Positions 37,691 through 51,150 of a stretch of 64,000 nucleotides of DNA are shown here, piece by piece. The number at the start of each line of letters is the position of its first letter. Position 1 is the stretch's first letter. The notes below the pieces were generated by a model. That model did no database searches. It was not told the DNA's origin and was given only the letters and a program-made list of their open reading frames with translations. Location: positions 110,486,001 to 110,550,000 of the forward strand of contig NC_086108.1 in NCBI RefSeq assembly GCF_963921235.1. Direction: 5' to 3'. Origin of the DNA: Mobula hypostoma (lineage: Eukaryota). The position numbers were made by a program, and so were the translations under genes.

Positions 37691-38219
37691 GCAGTTTTGT
37701 GAGAATCCAAGAGCAGGCAAACCAAGCTAAGCACAGTGACTGTCTGCAAATGTACAACTCAATGCCCCACATATGGATCCTGCAATGCCTGTCTCTGTCC
37801 AAGGTCAGCAAGACATTAAAGACAGTGCAGGCCAAGTTCATGGGTATACTTAAAATGGAAGTTAATAGTTTTCTAATTGGTCAGGGCATCAAAGGGTATG
37901 GCAAGAAGACAGGTGTATGGAGTTGAGTGGGATCCGGGATCAGCCATGCTGGAATGGTGGAACAGACTTGATGGGCTGAATGGCCTAATTCTGCTCCTGT
38001 GTCTTATGGTCTTATGGATCTTCATCAAGAACTCAATGGACCATTGGAGGACAATGCTAGAAGTTAACTCAAAGTCAATAGCACAAGTGGCCATCAGCTG
38101 TGGAATACACCAGGGTGATGCACTATCCCCACAGCTGTTCTGCATAGGCGTGAACCCCCGCAGCTAGATAATCTCAAAGAGTGGATATGGGTACAGGTTC
38201 AAGAGTGGAGTGACCATCA

Positions 38220-39850
38220 GGATAGGATACAAAACTGAGCTGAGAATTGGCAGATGGAGTTCAACCCAGATAAGTGTGAGATGGTTCATTTTGGTAGGTC
38301 GAATATGATGGCAGGATAAAACTCTTGGCAGTGTGGAGGATCAGAGGGATCTTAGGGTCCGAGTCCATAAGACACCCAAAGCTGCTGTGCAGGTTGACTC
38401 TCTGGTTAAGAAGGCATATGGTGTATTGGCCATGGAATTGAGTTTAAGATTCGAGAGGTAATGTTACAGCTTATAGAACCTTGGTCAGACCCCACTTGGA
38501 GTACTCTGCTCAGTTCTGGTTGCCTCACTACAGGAAGGATGTGGAAACCATAGAAAGGGTGCAGAGGAGATTTACAAGGATGTTGCCTGGATTGGGGAGC
38601 GTGCCTCATGAGAATAGGTTGAGTGAACTCAGCCTTTTCTCCTTGGAGTGGCAGAGGATGAGAGGTGACCTGATAGAGGTGTATAAGATGATGAAAGGCA
38701 TTGATTGTGTGGATAGTCAGAGGCTTTTTCCCAGGGCTGAAATGGCAACACAAGAGAACACAGGTTTAAGATGCTGGGGAATGGTACAGAGGAGATGTCA
38801 GAGGTAAGTTTTTTACGCAGAGTGGTGAGAGCTTGGAATGGGCTGCCAGTGACGGTGGTGGAGGCAGATACGATAAAGTCTTTTAAGACGGGTCCCCAAC
38901 CTCCTTTGCACTGCGGACCGGTTTAATATTGACAATATTCTTGCGGACCGGCCGACCGGGGGTGGGGGGGTGGTGTTCAAGTTGGGTTAAATTCACCTCA
39001 GCATGTCTTTTACAGTTAGGGTTGCCAACTTTCTCACTTCCAAATGAGGGACAAAAGTAGCAGTCAAATCCCGGGACACTTTACCCCAGGAAAGACTACC
39101 ATGACCATGAAGCCTTGCGTGGGCACCTGTGTGCGCATGCGTGACGTGCGCATGTGATGTGCACATGTGCGTGCCGATTCCCCCCCACACACACACACAC
39201 ACAAAAATCGGTTTTGCCTTAATCTTCGCGACGACACTGTACGTACATTATTTCTACTTTATATAGGCTGTGTATTTATCATATCATTCCTCCTTTTACT
39301 GTATGTATATGTTAGTGTTATTTATTTTTGGTTTTATGTGTTATTTGGTATGATTTGTTAGGTTGTCTTTTGGGTCTGGGAATGCTTAAAAATTTTTCCG
39401 GTATAAATTAATGGTAATTGCTTCTTCACTTCACTCCATTTCGGCACGAAAGGTTTCATAGGAACGCTCTACCTTAGCGGGGGAAATACGGGAGAAGGGC
39501 GGTCCTGTATGGGACAAACCAACTTAGCCCAATATACGGGATGTCCCGGCAAATACGGGACAGTTGGAAACCCTATGTTCAAGTTCAACAGTGCGTGACA
39601 GGGAATGAGGAAAGGTGCAGCTGACTCACATCGTTTCCTCACGGCCCGGTAGCACATGCTTTATGGTCCAGTACCGGTCCGTGGCCCGGTGGTTGGGGAC
39701 CACTTTTTTAAGAGACTCCTGGGTAGGTACGTGGAGCTTAGAAAAATGGAGGGCTATAGGTAACCCTAGGTAATTTCTAAAGTAAGTACGTGTTTGACAT
39801 AGCATTGTGGGGCGAAAGGTCTATATTGTGCTATAGGATTTCTGTGTTCT
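38220..39850 (+). mobile_element. CR1 3' portion split by a hAT element
   Basis: RPHLEYSAQFWLPHYRKD...; the 3'UTR resumes at 39706. Confidence 0.85.
38889..39705. mobile_element. Composite non-autonomous hAT (Charlie-like) element
   Basis: Termini GGGTCCCCAACC / GGTTGGGGACCAC; 8-bp TSD ttttaaga (38881-38888, 39706-39713); internal TAGGGTTGCCAAC...GTTGGAAACCCTA pair. Confidence 0.8.
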
Positions 39851-40339
39851 GTGTACGGGACAGCTACAAATACGCGGGGATCCTGAAGGTGCATGGAAGC
39901 CACAGAGGACAGAAGGAAAGCTGCAACGTCCAGGTATGTCCAAAGAGTGAGACAGGTCCTAAAAAGCAGCTGAGTGGGAAGAACAAAATCAGAACCATTC
40001 GCTCTACCTGTCATCAGATTACCCAGCCACAGAAGCATGCTGGCCACGGAACGAACTTGAAGCCACTGACATCAAGACCCGGAAACTTCCCAAAGTTCAA
40101 TGTCGAGTGACTGTACACCCGCCGGAATAAAGGAGGACGGGAACTTGGAAGCGTCAAAGCCAGAGTCCTGGAAGAAATGTGGAACATCCATGAGTATGTC
40201 AGGAAGATGGCCCCTTAGGGTGACCTCCTAAGAGAATACCTCAGACACAGGCATGGGACATGGGAATGGAAGTGGGTGAAGCAGAGCCAGACGACCCGAG
40301 GCCATGGCAGGACAAGCCACTGCACGGGATGTCCCATCT

Positions 40340-41042
40340 TGAGGGATTCGCCAAAGGTTAGTTTGCAGGTTGAGTCAGTGGTGAGGAAGGCAAATGCAGT
40401 GTTAGCATCCATTTCAAGAGGACCAGAGTGTAAATGTAAGGATATAATGTTGAGTTTTTATAACGCACTATTGAGGCCTCAGTTGCAGTATCATGAGCAG
40501 TTTTGGGTCCTTAGAAGGGATGTGCTGAAACTGGAGGCGATATAAAGGAGGTTCACGAAAATGTTCCAGGATTGAAAAGGTTGTCAGATGACAAGCGTTT
40601 GATGGCTCTGGGCCTGAATTCACTAGAATTCGCAGCATGTGGGATGACCTAATTGAAACCTATTGAATGGTGAAAGGCCTTGATAGAGTGGATGTGGAGA
40701 GGATGTTTCCTATGGTGGGAGTGTCTAAGACCAGAGGACACAGCCTCAGAATAGAGGGGTATCCTTTTAGAACGGAGATGAGGAAGAATTTCTTCAGCCA
40801 GAGAGAGGTGAATCTGTGGAATTCTTTGCCACAGGCAGCTGTGGAGGCCAAGTCTTTCTGTATACAAACGTTTGTATTTAAGACAGAGGTTGATAGATTC
40901 TTGATTGGTCAGGGCATGAAGGTATCTGGGGAGAAGCTAGAAGATTAGAGCTGGGAGGAAAATTGGATCAGCCATGATGAAATGGCAGGGCAGACTTGTT
41001 GGGCGAAATGGCCTAATTCTGCTCCTATATCTTATGGTCTTA
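40340..41042 (+). mobile_element. CR1 3' fragment
   Basis: VRKANAVLA...RGHSLRIEG..FRTEMRKNFFSQR. Confidence 0.85.
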
Positions 41043-43569
41043 AGTATAGCAACTACGAAGAATTTGATGGTATTGGTAATTATTTTGAAATTTGCAACAA
41101 AAATGAAGATTTGGAGGGTGCAATCATTGATGGCACTGTATGAAGGCAGTGTATTATCTGTGCTGCACTGGCTTTGCTCATTTACAGTCAATCAAAAGAA
41201 CACAGCAGGATGAATTCCAATGTCGATAACCGTTAGGAACTAATATAGAGTTTTATAGAACTCTAGTAGTATTTGTAGCATCCTTATTTGTTCTGTACTT
41301 CATTTATATACGTAATTTAACCAATTTCCTCCGGGATCAATAAAGTATGACTATGTAATTTGTTTCTCAGCTAAACATAGTTGGTCTTTTTTATATTTTT
41401 TAAACTATTCTCATGAAACTTTGGGTAGCCGCTTAATTGGGCCAAAATGTACTGGTCCTGTTGTGTCTCAAGTAACTGGAATCCATTGTAATTTATTATG
41501 AATAAAGTTTTTTTTTGAAATTATAAAAGCGTTACCAATTTGCGGAGTAGATGGGTAAGCCACAGATACGGAGTCCTTGCCCACCACTGGCTGGTGCCAG
41601 GACCAGGTTTGGCAGAGCATCTCCAAGGAGGAACAATGCAGGGAGATGGGCAAGGGAAACCCAGATCTGGATTGTTGCCTTGGAGATGGATGGAGCCAAG
41701 GCCATGATGTGGCAGGAAATGGAATGGTTCAGCCTTTCCACTGTTCGGTTAGAGTAGCTTTCTGTGTTATCAGGTCAGCAGTAAAGGTCATTGGCTGCTG
41801 TCTACTATTGATGCACATGTTACCCAGCCTGCAAACTACCTTTCCCAACAGCTCCCTTCATGAAAGCACTACTGTTGGTTTATTTGTTCGCTGCTGTGCG
41901 GTATGATGTGGGTAATCATGGTCTGTCCATGACCATGATTGTTCTTGGCAAATTTTTCTGGGCAGTGCCTTTACAAGATGGGTGACCCCAGCCATGATCA
42001 GTACTCCAGAGATTGCCTGCCTGGCGTCAGTGGTCACATAACTGGGACTTGTGATACACACCAGCTGCTCTTACGACCATCCATCACCTGTTCCCAAGGC
42101 TTCATGTGACCCTGATCGGGGGGGCTAAGTAAGTGCTACACCTTGCCCAAGGGTGATTTTGATAGAGGTGTATCCCTACCCTATCCCCCCCCACCCAGGA
42201 AAGCACTAGATTGCTATTAAAACAGCAGCCACACCATTTTAAAAGTTTCTTCCCCCAGTTAATCTGGTTAATTCTAGTTAGCCCCCCACACCCCTCTGTC
42301 CATTGCCCCCATCACTGTACTGCACTGTAGGCACTTTAAACCACTTTTCATAATGCTGTTTACACTGCAGCGACGGTACTATGCAAAAGTCTTGGGAACA
42401 TGTATATAGCTGGGAATGCCTGAGACATTTGCACAGTAGTGTATTATATCTTTGCAGTTACCAAATAACATTAATACTACTGAGCCACTACAATGCTGAG
42501 TACTCTTATTTCTGTTTCCCAACCACCTTCCTATGTTAACCATCAAGCAGTACTGTGCAAAAGTCTGCGAAACTGCAGCTACCACTGTTGTATCTGCCTC
42601 TACCGCCACCACCAGCAGTTAATTCCTGGCACCCCACACTTGCTTCGTAATTAAAAAAAAAACAACTTGCCCCTCACATTTACTTTGAACTTGCCCTCTC
42701 TCACCTTAATCCGTGCCCCTTAGTATTAGACATGTCCAATGGGAAATTTTAACATTTCCTGGGGGAAAAGTAAATACAGTTAAAAAATTATAGTGGATTC
42801 CGGTTAGACACTACTGTGTGCTTAGAGCAAACAGTTTTTAAATAGTGTCAGCTGTATGTGCTTGTTTTCAAAAAGCAATGATTTTTGTCACTGATAGTTG
42901 GTGAGAAGTAAGCAGTAGGAAACGTTTTGTTCATGTGGTTTCAAGCGTTCAGTCTTGGAACTGCCAGAAACCGCTGGGAGTGAAAATGAAACTATTTCAC
43001 TACTACAAGAAGTTAGGAACTATGAAGAATCTGAAGGTATCAACAATCATCTTGAATATTACAATGGACAGTATTAGAAAGCATTGTATGAAGGCAGTCC
43101 ATTATCTTCTCTAGGTGTCTGCATTGATTTTGTTCTTTTACAGTTAATCAAAAGAGCATGGCAGTGTACACTCGATGAATTGCTCCGTCGTTAACTATTG
43201 GGAACTAATTCACAATTTTAAAGAACTGTAATTTGTTCTCTCTTTCATTTAAAGACATAATTTGTTATTCAGCTAATCGGTAATTTGTCTTTTTAATTCC
43301 TTTTTAACTACTTCCATGACACTTCAGCTAATTTGGTTGTGACTTATTTGGGCCAAAATATATTTATCCCAATGAACCAGATTCCACTGTGTGTAAGAGT
43401 CCTTCCTCCCCTATTTAGGGTGGAAATGTTAAATACTGGAAGGCCTAGGTTTAAGGTGAGAGGGGACAAATCTAAAGGAAATTCATGAGGCAGGCATTTC
43501 TTTCTAAATACACAGAGAGTGGTGGATGCCTGGGACATGCTGACTTGGTGATGGTGGAGGCAGATATAT

Positions 43570-43985
43570 TCATAGTCATAGTCATACTTTATTGATCCCG
43601 GGGGAAATTGGTTTTCGTTACAGTTCACCATAAATAATTAAATAGTAATATGTAAATTATGCTAGGAAATAAGTCCAGGACCAGCCCATTGGCTCAGGGT
43701 GTCTGACCCTCCAAGGGAGGAGTTGTAAAGTTTGATGGCCACAGGCAGGAATGACTTCCTCTGACGCTCTGTGTTGCATCTCGGTGGAATGAGTCTCTGG
43801 CTGAATGTACTCCTGTGCCCAACCAGTACATTATGTAGTGGATGGGAGACATTGTCCAAGATGACATGCAACTTAGACAGTATCCTCTTTTCAGACACCA
43901 CCGTCAGAGAGTCCAGTTCCATCTCCACAACATCACTGGCCTTACGAATGAGTTTGTTGATTCTGTTGGTGTCTGCTACCCTCTT
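43570..43985 (-). mobile_element. Rex1/Babar-like LINE 3' end
   Basis: Near-identical to 1340-1776 and 54672-55100; (GACTAT)n tail. Confidence 0.9.
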
Positions 43986-46900
43986 TTAACATAACATTTA
44001 AGAGACCTTTAGACAGGCGCATGAAACATGTAACCAATGGAGGAATATGCATCACATACAGGCTGAAGAGGTTAGTTTAATATGGCATTGTGGTCAGCAC
44101 AAACATGATGGGTCGAAGGGCCTGTTTCTGTGCTATACTGTTGGGCCTTTCTGGCTCAACAAGTTGCGCTGCCCAACACCAGACCAATCCCAGGACAATT
44201 TACAATGACCGATTGACCAACTAGTGTGGTGGGCTGGAGATACAAATCTACGAGGTATCTGCACTGATTTTGTTCATTTACAGTCTGTCAAAGGAGCACT
44301 GCATCATACACTGGATGAATTTCTTCACTGATATCTCACGGGAACTAATACACAATTTTAAAGTACTGTAATTTGTTCTCGTTTTCATTTAAATAAATAA
44401 TTTGGAGGTGTAAGGCACTCCTCCCCTCTGCTAGCCTGCAGGTCACCCTTGGGTGAGGTGTAGCACCTGCTTAGCCCCTGGATAAGGATCACGTGAAGCC
44501 ATGGGAGCCGGTGGTGGATGGTCATGGGAGCAGCCAGTGCATATCACAAGTCCTTGTTTGTGACCACTGACACCAGGCAGATGATCTCTGAAGAGTATTG
44601 ATAATGGCTGGGGTCACCCATCTTGTAAAGACACTGCCCAGAAGAAGGCAATGGCAGACCCCTTGTGTAGAAAAATTGCCAAGAACAATCATGGTCATGG
44701 AAAGACAAGGATTGCCCACCTCATATGACAAGGCATGTAACAAAGTAACAAATTAAGGTCCTGACTGGAACCTCTTTGGGATGTGAGAGGAATCCCGTGC
44801 ACCCGGAAGAAGCCTAGGCACTGACTGGAAAGATGTACAAACTTCTTGTAGAGGACACGGGACTTGAACTCTGAACTCCATCACCCCAAGCTGTCATGCC
44901 AGCCATCGAGCGACTGTGTTCTGTTTTTTACTGAGCTGACATGGTGTGCTGTCTAGGTCTGAAACCCATTAAACTTTAATTTAAATATCACAAGTATGGG
45001 GAAAAGGAATCTACAGAGTTTGACAGAGAGAAAGCCTTTACTTTCTGCCTTGTTCTCACTGATGTGCGGAGGGAATGAGTAAGTACAATTACTGCAGAAT
45101 GCAGCAGCCAGCCTCACAGGGCAAATCCAAAGCACTCGGGCCAGGGCAAATGCCGCCGCAGTCAGGGGCTTGCCTGGATGTTTGCAACGGGCTCTGGAAG
45201 TCACAACCTCTGTGTGCTGCTTGCTGAATCTCCCCGAAGCCTCAGAGAAAGCCGGTGATTAATCTGCTGTGTTTGAACAGAACCTGAAGCTCCTGGCGAG
45301 ACGAGCACTCTGTTTTTAGTCAACTCGCTGCCAGCAACCTCAACCTCAGCTGTTGAGCCAATGGCAATAAATGCTTCTGGGTCAATGTTGCAGGTTTATT
45401 GGAATCAGTTTATTATCGGTAAGGAGGGACAGGAACCTCAGAGTTCACACCACCAGGTTCAAGAACAGTATTTTCCCTCAACCATCAGGTCCCCCCGGAG
45501 GGGGATAACTTCACTCAACCCATCATTGAAATGTTCCCACAACCTATGGACTCACTTTCAAGGGCTCTTCATCTCATGTTCTCGATGTTTATTGCTTATT
45601 TGTTCTTTTTTCTTTTTGTATTTACAGTTTGTTGTCTTGTGCACATTGGTTGCTTGTCCATATTGTGTGGTCTTTTTGATAACAAATTTACTTTGAACTT
45701 TGACTTTATCACATACAGTAGTTTAAAGATTAGGTTTATATGGCACAGGTGCATCAAATTATAACCATATAACAATTACAGCACGGAAACAGGCCATCTC
45801 GGCCCTTCTAGTCCATGCCGAACGCTTACTCTCACCAGTCCAAATTGTCCTAGGACATCCCAAGGATGAGGCAGGAGCCATACCAGTTCAGTTTTGCCAC
45901 CTTGAACTTGTAAGAAATAGGAAGGGTAAGAGATAAACAATTCAGCCCCTCAAACGCTGTCCTCTCACTCAGTAAGGTTGTGGTTTCAGCCTGTCATTTC
46001 CTCTTCTCCAGAACCCTGGGCATTGGTTTAAAGTGAGATTAAAGGTTAGCTTTCTGTGTGTCACGTGTATGTTGAGACATACAGTGAAATACGTTGTTTG
46101 TGTAATCGACTCGCGCAGTCCAAGGATATGCTGGGGCCAGCCCCCCAGTGTTGCCGTGCCTCTGACGCCAACGTAGCATGCCCATTGCTTATTGATCCTG
46201 ACCCGTACACCTTTGGACTTTAGGAGGAAACCAGAGCACCTGGAGGAAATACTCAGGGAGAACGGACAGAGGTGGGAATTGGAATGGCAGTCCTTGGCCC
46301 TGTAAGGCGTTGTGCCAACCAATATGCTGTCGTGCCACCCCAAACAATTGCTAGTACTTAGATACAGTGGAAAGGCTTTGTTTGTGCAAGGGCCACGACC
46401 AGTAGGTTGGGAGATCAACCATATCACCACCCTGCCACCCCTACAGTAAGTATACGTGGATAGAGCCCACGTAAGTATGTAGAGACAGCCCATGGTGGGG
46501 AGGTTATAAAAAAGGCAAATCTCACAAACCAGGTATGTCTCACTGCAGTGGTCACCATAGACACGGTGGGCAAATGGCCTCTCTCTCTGCCATAGGAGCC
46601 TACTATGATTATTACCCTGTCAGCATATACCAATGTCCCTTTGTAGAACTTCGGACACTACAACACAGTACTGGCCCTTCGGCCCACAATGTTGTACTGC
46701 CCTTTTAACCTACTCTAAGCTTGATTGGTGAGGATTGCCCAGGACATGCCAAATTTCTTTAACCTCCTGAGGAAGTAACTTGATGGGCTTCCTTGGCTGT
46801 GACATCTGGCTGATTGGACCAGGACAGGCTACTGGTCTTGTGCAGGAGGGTCTTGGTTTAGTTCAGCTCTTTGTTCGGTACAGACACTGTGGGCCAAAGT

Positions 46901-47230
46901 ACCCATTCCTGTTCGCTCTGCACAGTGGATTAGCATAACGCATTACAACGCCTGCCATCGGGTTCATTCCTGCTGCTGCCTGTGAAGAGTTGGTATGTTC
47001 TCGCCTTGTCCGCGTGGGTCTCGGGTGCTTCATTTGGAACATAGGAGGAAACCGCGTACGGGTTCGGGTTAGTGAGTTGTGGGCCTGGTGTGTTGGTGTC
47101 GGAAGCAAGGTGACATTGATGCGCTGCCCCCAGCACATCCTCGGACTGTGTTGGTCTTTGACACAAACAACACATTTCGCTGTATGTTTCAATGTACTTG
47201 TGACAAATAAAGCTAATCTTTCAGGATGTA

Positions 47231-48024
47231 AACACGAGGAATTCTGCAGATGCTGGAAATTCAAGCAACACACATCAAATTTGCTGGTGAACGCAGCAGG
47301 CCCTCCCCCTCCCCCCTCCCTCCTGGCACTTATCCGTGTAAGCGGAACAAGTGCTACACATGCCCTTACACTTCCTCCCTCACCACCATTCAGGGCCCCA
47401 AACAGTCCTTCCAGGTGAGGCGACACTTCACCTGTGAGTTGGCTGGGGTGATTTACTGTGTCCGGTGCTCCCGATGTGGCCTTTTATATATTGGCGAGAC
47501 CCGATGCAGACTGGGAGATCGTTTTGCTGAACACCTACGCTCTGTCCACCAGAGAGAGCAGGATCTCCCAGTGGCCACACTCAGGTTGGAGGAACAACAC
47601 CTTATATTCCGTCTGGGTAGCCTTCAACCTGATGGCATGAACATTGACTTCTCAAACTTCCGCTAATGCCCCACCTCCCCCTTGTACCCCATCTGTTATT
47701 TATTTATATACACACATTCTCTCTCTCTCTCTCTCTCTCTCTCCCTCTCTCTCCCTCTGTTCCTCTGACTATACCCCTTGCCCATCCTCTGGGTTTTTCC
47801 CCCCTCCACCTTTTCCTTCTCTCTGGGCCTCCTGTCCCATGATCCTCTCATATCCCTTTTGCCAATCACCTGTCCAGCTCTTGGCTCCATCCCTCCCCCT
47901 CCTGTCTTCTCCCATCATTTTGGATCTCCCCCTCCCCCGCCCTCTCCCATTTTCAAATCTCGTTACTAGCTCTTCTTTTAGTTAGTCCTGACGCAGGGTC
48001 TCGGCCCGAAACGTCGACTGTACC
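47231..48024 (+). mobile_element. Penelope-like element 3' portion: inverted terminal-repeat piece + GIY-YIG endonuclease + terminal repeat with hammerhead
   Basis: PCKRNKCYTCPY...FTCELAGVIYCVRCSRCGLLYIGETRCRLGDRFAEHL...EQHLIFRLGSLQPDGMNIDFSNF (47322-47666). Confidence 0.9.
47984..48019 (+). ncRNA. Minimal type-I hammerhead ribozyme motif (best-preserved copy)
   Basis: AGUC CUGACGC A GGGU-CUCG-GCCC GAAAC GUC^GACU; palindromic ACGU stem III; one deviation in the CUGANGA box. Confidence 0.65.
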
Positions 48025-48104
48025 TGCTAATCTTTCAGGAGTCTTTTTCCATAAACACAAAGAGATTCTCATATTCTTTAGGAGTTTGGATGTTAAGATA
48101 GCAA

Positions 48105-48632
48105 CCATTTTAATTCCCATTCCGATGTGTTGGACATCTTCTGCTACGATGAGGGCAACCTCAGTTTTGAGGAGCAACACCTCATATTCCACCTCGGTAG
48201 CCTCCAACCTGATGGCATAAACATTGATTTCTCCAGCTTCTGTAACATTCCCCCCCCCCTTCAATTCCCCACTACTTCTCCTTACCTGCCTATCACCTCC
48301 CCCTGGTGCCACTCCTCCTTCCCTTTCTCTCATGGTCCACTCTCCTCTCCAATCAGATTCTTTCTTCTCCAGCCCTTTGCCTTGTCTTCCTGTCATCTCC
48401 CAGTTTCTTACTTCATCCCCTCCTCGCCCACCCACCTGGCTTCACCTCTCATCTTCTAGCGTGTCCTCCTTCCCCCTGCCCCCACCTTTTTATTCTGGCA
48501 TCTTCCCCCTTGCTTTCCAGTCCTGAAGAATGGACTTGGCACAAACATTGACCCTTTATTCCTCTCCATAGGTGCTGCCTGACCACCTGAGTTCCTCCAG
48601 CATTTTGTGTGTGTCTGCAGAATCTCTTGTGT
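48105..48632 (+). mobile_element. Older Penelope-like 3' fragment
   Basis: EEQHLIFHLGSLQPDGINIDFSSF plus terminal repeat with decayed hammerhead at ~48518-48553. Confidence 0.8.
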
Positions 48633-49009
48633 TTATCGTTGGTTAGTATCATGTGCTGGCTGTTTCCAGCACATCCTTTTGGACTCTGTTGGTTATTGAC
48701 ACAAATGATGCCTTTACTGTGTGTTTTGATGTACATGTAACAAATAAAGTTAATCTTTGACAAACTTCTATAGACGTGCAGTAGAGAGTATATTGACTGG
48801 TTGGGTCATGAACTGGTATGGAAGCACCAGTGCCCTTGGACAGAAATACTTACAAAAAAAATAGTAGATATGGTTGGGTTGAGTTGTTCTCTGATCTTGG
48901 CAATCCATCTGCAAATATTTCATCACCATGCGAGAAGACATCATCACTGTGCTCTTCACTTGTCCGTCCTCTTAATAGTTGGCTTTTATACACTTTTCAA
49001 TCAGTTACA

Positions 49010-49342
49010 AACAAGAGAAAATCTGCAGATGCTGGAAATCCAGAGCAACACACACAAAATGCTGGAGGAACTCAGGAGGCCAGGAAGCATCTGTGGAAAA
49101 GAGTACAGTCGATGTTTCAGGCTCAGACTCTTCATTGGGACTGGAGGGAAAAAAAAGTTGAGCGGGGGGGGGTCAGAGTAAGAAAGTGGGGGGAAGGGAG
49201 GGAGAAACACAAGGTGATAGGTGAAATTAGGAGGGGGAGGGGTGACGTAAAGAGCTGAGAAGTTGATTGGTGAAAGGTACAGGGCTGGAGAAGGGGGAAT
49301 ATGATGGGAGAGGACAGAAGGCCATGGAAGAAGGAAAAGGGG
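49010..49342 (-). mobile_element. Penelope terminal repeat
   Basis: Reverse complement of the family tail; decayed hammerhead at 49106-49143. Confidence 0.75.
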
Positions 49343-49971
49343 GAGTTTCTGATCAATCAGTTGTTTGGTCGTCATTACAGGAACTCAATCGTGATGAATG
49401 AAGGGAGCCTCGTCGCTGATTGGTTGCGTAGCAAACTCTACGTTGTCTGGAATTTTGCCTACATTTACTTATTAAAGGGAATGAAGTTTACATGTCTGTT
49501 TACAGAACTGTTTGTGAAAAGCCATACTCCTAGGAATTCTCTTGCATGTCATGAGTTTGCTTCCACTGTGACTTTCACTGATGCCTGTCTGAATTTGTGA
49601 CCCTCTCGATCTTCATGGGTAGAGATCAGGGAGAGCTGGTCAGAAATGAATATGGCCAAGATTATCAGAGGTAAAGCCCTCCCCACCATTGAGCACATCT
49701 GCAAGGAGCGCTGTTGCAGGAAAGCAGCATCCATCAGCAAAGAGACCTTCACCATCCAGATCATGCCCTTTTCTCGATGCTGCCATCAGGAAGGAGGTAC
49801 AGGAGCCTCAGGACCCACACTACCAGGTTCAGAAACACTTAACCATCAAGCTCTTGAACCAGAGGGGATAGCTTGACTCAACTCCACTTGTCTCATCTCT
49901 AAACTGTTCCCAAAACTGATGGATTCATTTACAAGGACTATCTCATATTCTCTATTGCCTTAATATTATTA

Positions 49972-51150
49972 TTTCATTGACTACAGCTCTGCCTTTAATA
50001 CCATCATTCCAAATAAACTGATTCCTAAGCTCTGGAACCTGGGCCTTAGCACTCAGATCTGCAGCTGGATCTTCAACTTCCTCACAGACAGGACCCAGGC
50101 TGTAAAAATAGGGGACAAGCTCTCCTCTACAATCACTCTGAGCACCGGTGCCCTACAAGGCTGTGTACTCAGCTTCCTGCTGTACTTGCTGTACACCCAT
50201 GATTGTGTAGCCAAGTTTCCATCAAACTCAATATATAAGTTTGCTGATGACACAACAATTGTAGGCCGTATCTCGGGTAATGATGAGTTTGAGTACAGAG
50301 AGGAAATTAAGAACCTGGTGGCATGGTGCGAAGACAATAACCCATCCCTCAACGTCAGCAAGACGAAGGAATTGGTTGTTGACTTCAGAAGGAGTAGCGG
50401 ACCGCACGACCCAATTTACATCGGTGGTGCGCAGGTGAAACAGGTCAAAAGCTTTAAGTTCCTCGGGGTTAATATCACAAATGACCTGACCTGGTCCAAC
50501 CAAGCAGAGTTCACTGCCAAGAAGGCCCACCAGCGCCTTTGCTTCCTGAGAAAACTAAAGAAATTTGACCTGTTCCTTAAAACCCTCACTAATTTTTATA
50601 GATGCACCGTAGAAAGCATTCTTCTAGGGTGCATCACAACCTGGTATGGAAGTTGTCCTGTCCAAGACCGAAAGAAGCTACAGAAGATCGTGAACATGGC
50701 ACAGCACATCACACAAACCAATCTTCCGTCCGTGGACTCACTTCACACCGCATGCTGTCGGAGCAGTGCTGCCAGGATAATCAAGGACACGACCCACCCA
50801 GCCAACACACTTTTTGTCCCTCTTCCCACTAGGAGAAGGCTCAGGAGCTTGAAGACTCGTACGACCAGATTTGGGAACAGCTTCTTTCCGACTGTTAATA
50901 AGACTGCTGAACGGATCTGGGCCGTACCCTCCAAATATCCGGACCTGCCTCTCGTTTTTTTTTCACTACCTTACTTCCCATTTTTCTGTTTTCTATTTAT
51001 GATTTATAATTTAAATTTTTAATATTTACTAATTTTAACTATTTTAAATATTTTAAATATTTAATATTTGTAATCCAGAGAGTGTGAAGCGCAGAATCAA
51101 ATATCGCAGTGATGATTGTATGCTCTAGCATCAATTATTTGGCGACTATA
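49972..51150 (+). mobile_element. Rex1/Babar-like LINE, 5'-truncated, RT largely intact
   Basis: [58 protein letters not shown]. Confidence 0.9.

Larger units (their letters stand above)
37700..40337 (+). mobile_element. R4-clade (Rex6/Dong-like) retrotransposon in three pieces: ~37700-37825, ~38015-38220, ~39855-40337
   Basis: YNSMPHIWILQCL; FIKNSMDHWRTMLEVNSKSIAQVAISCGIHQGDALSPQLFCIGVNP; SYKYAGI...QLSGKNKI...LYTRRNKGGREL...WQDKPLHGM. Confidence 0.7.

Noticed and set aside
50186..51022. ORFs with the KKAHQRLYFLR motif as ALKBH8-like genes
   Set aside because: This is the Rex1/Babar LINE C-terminal region, present in many copies with RT motifs and retroposon tails.
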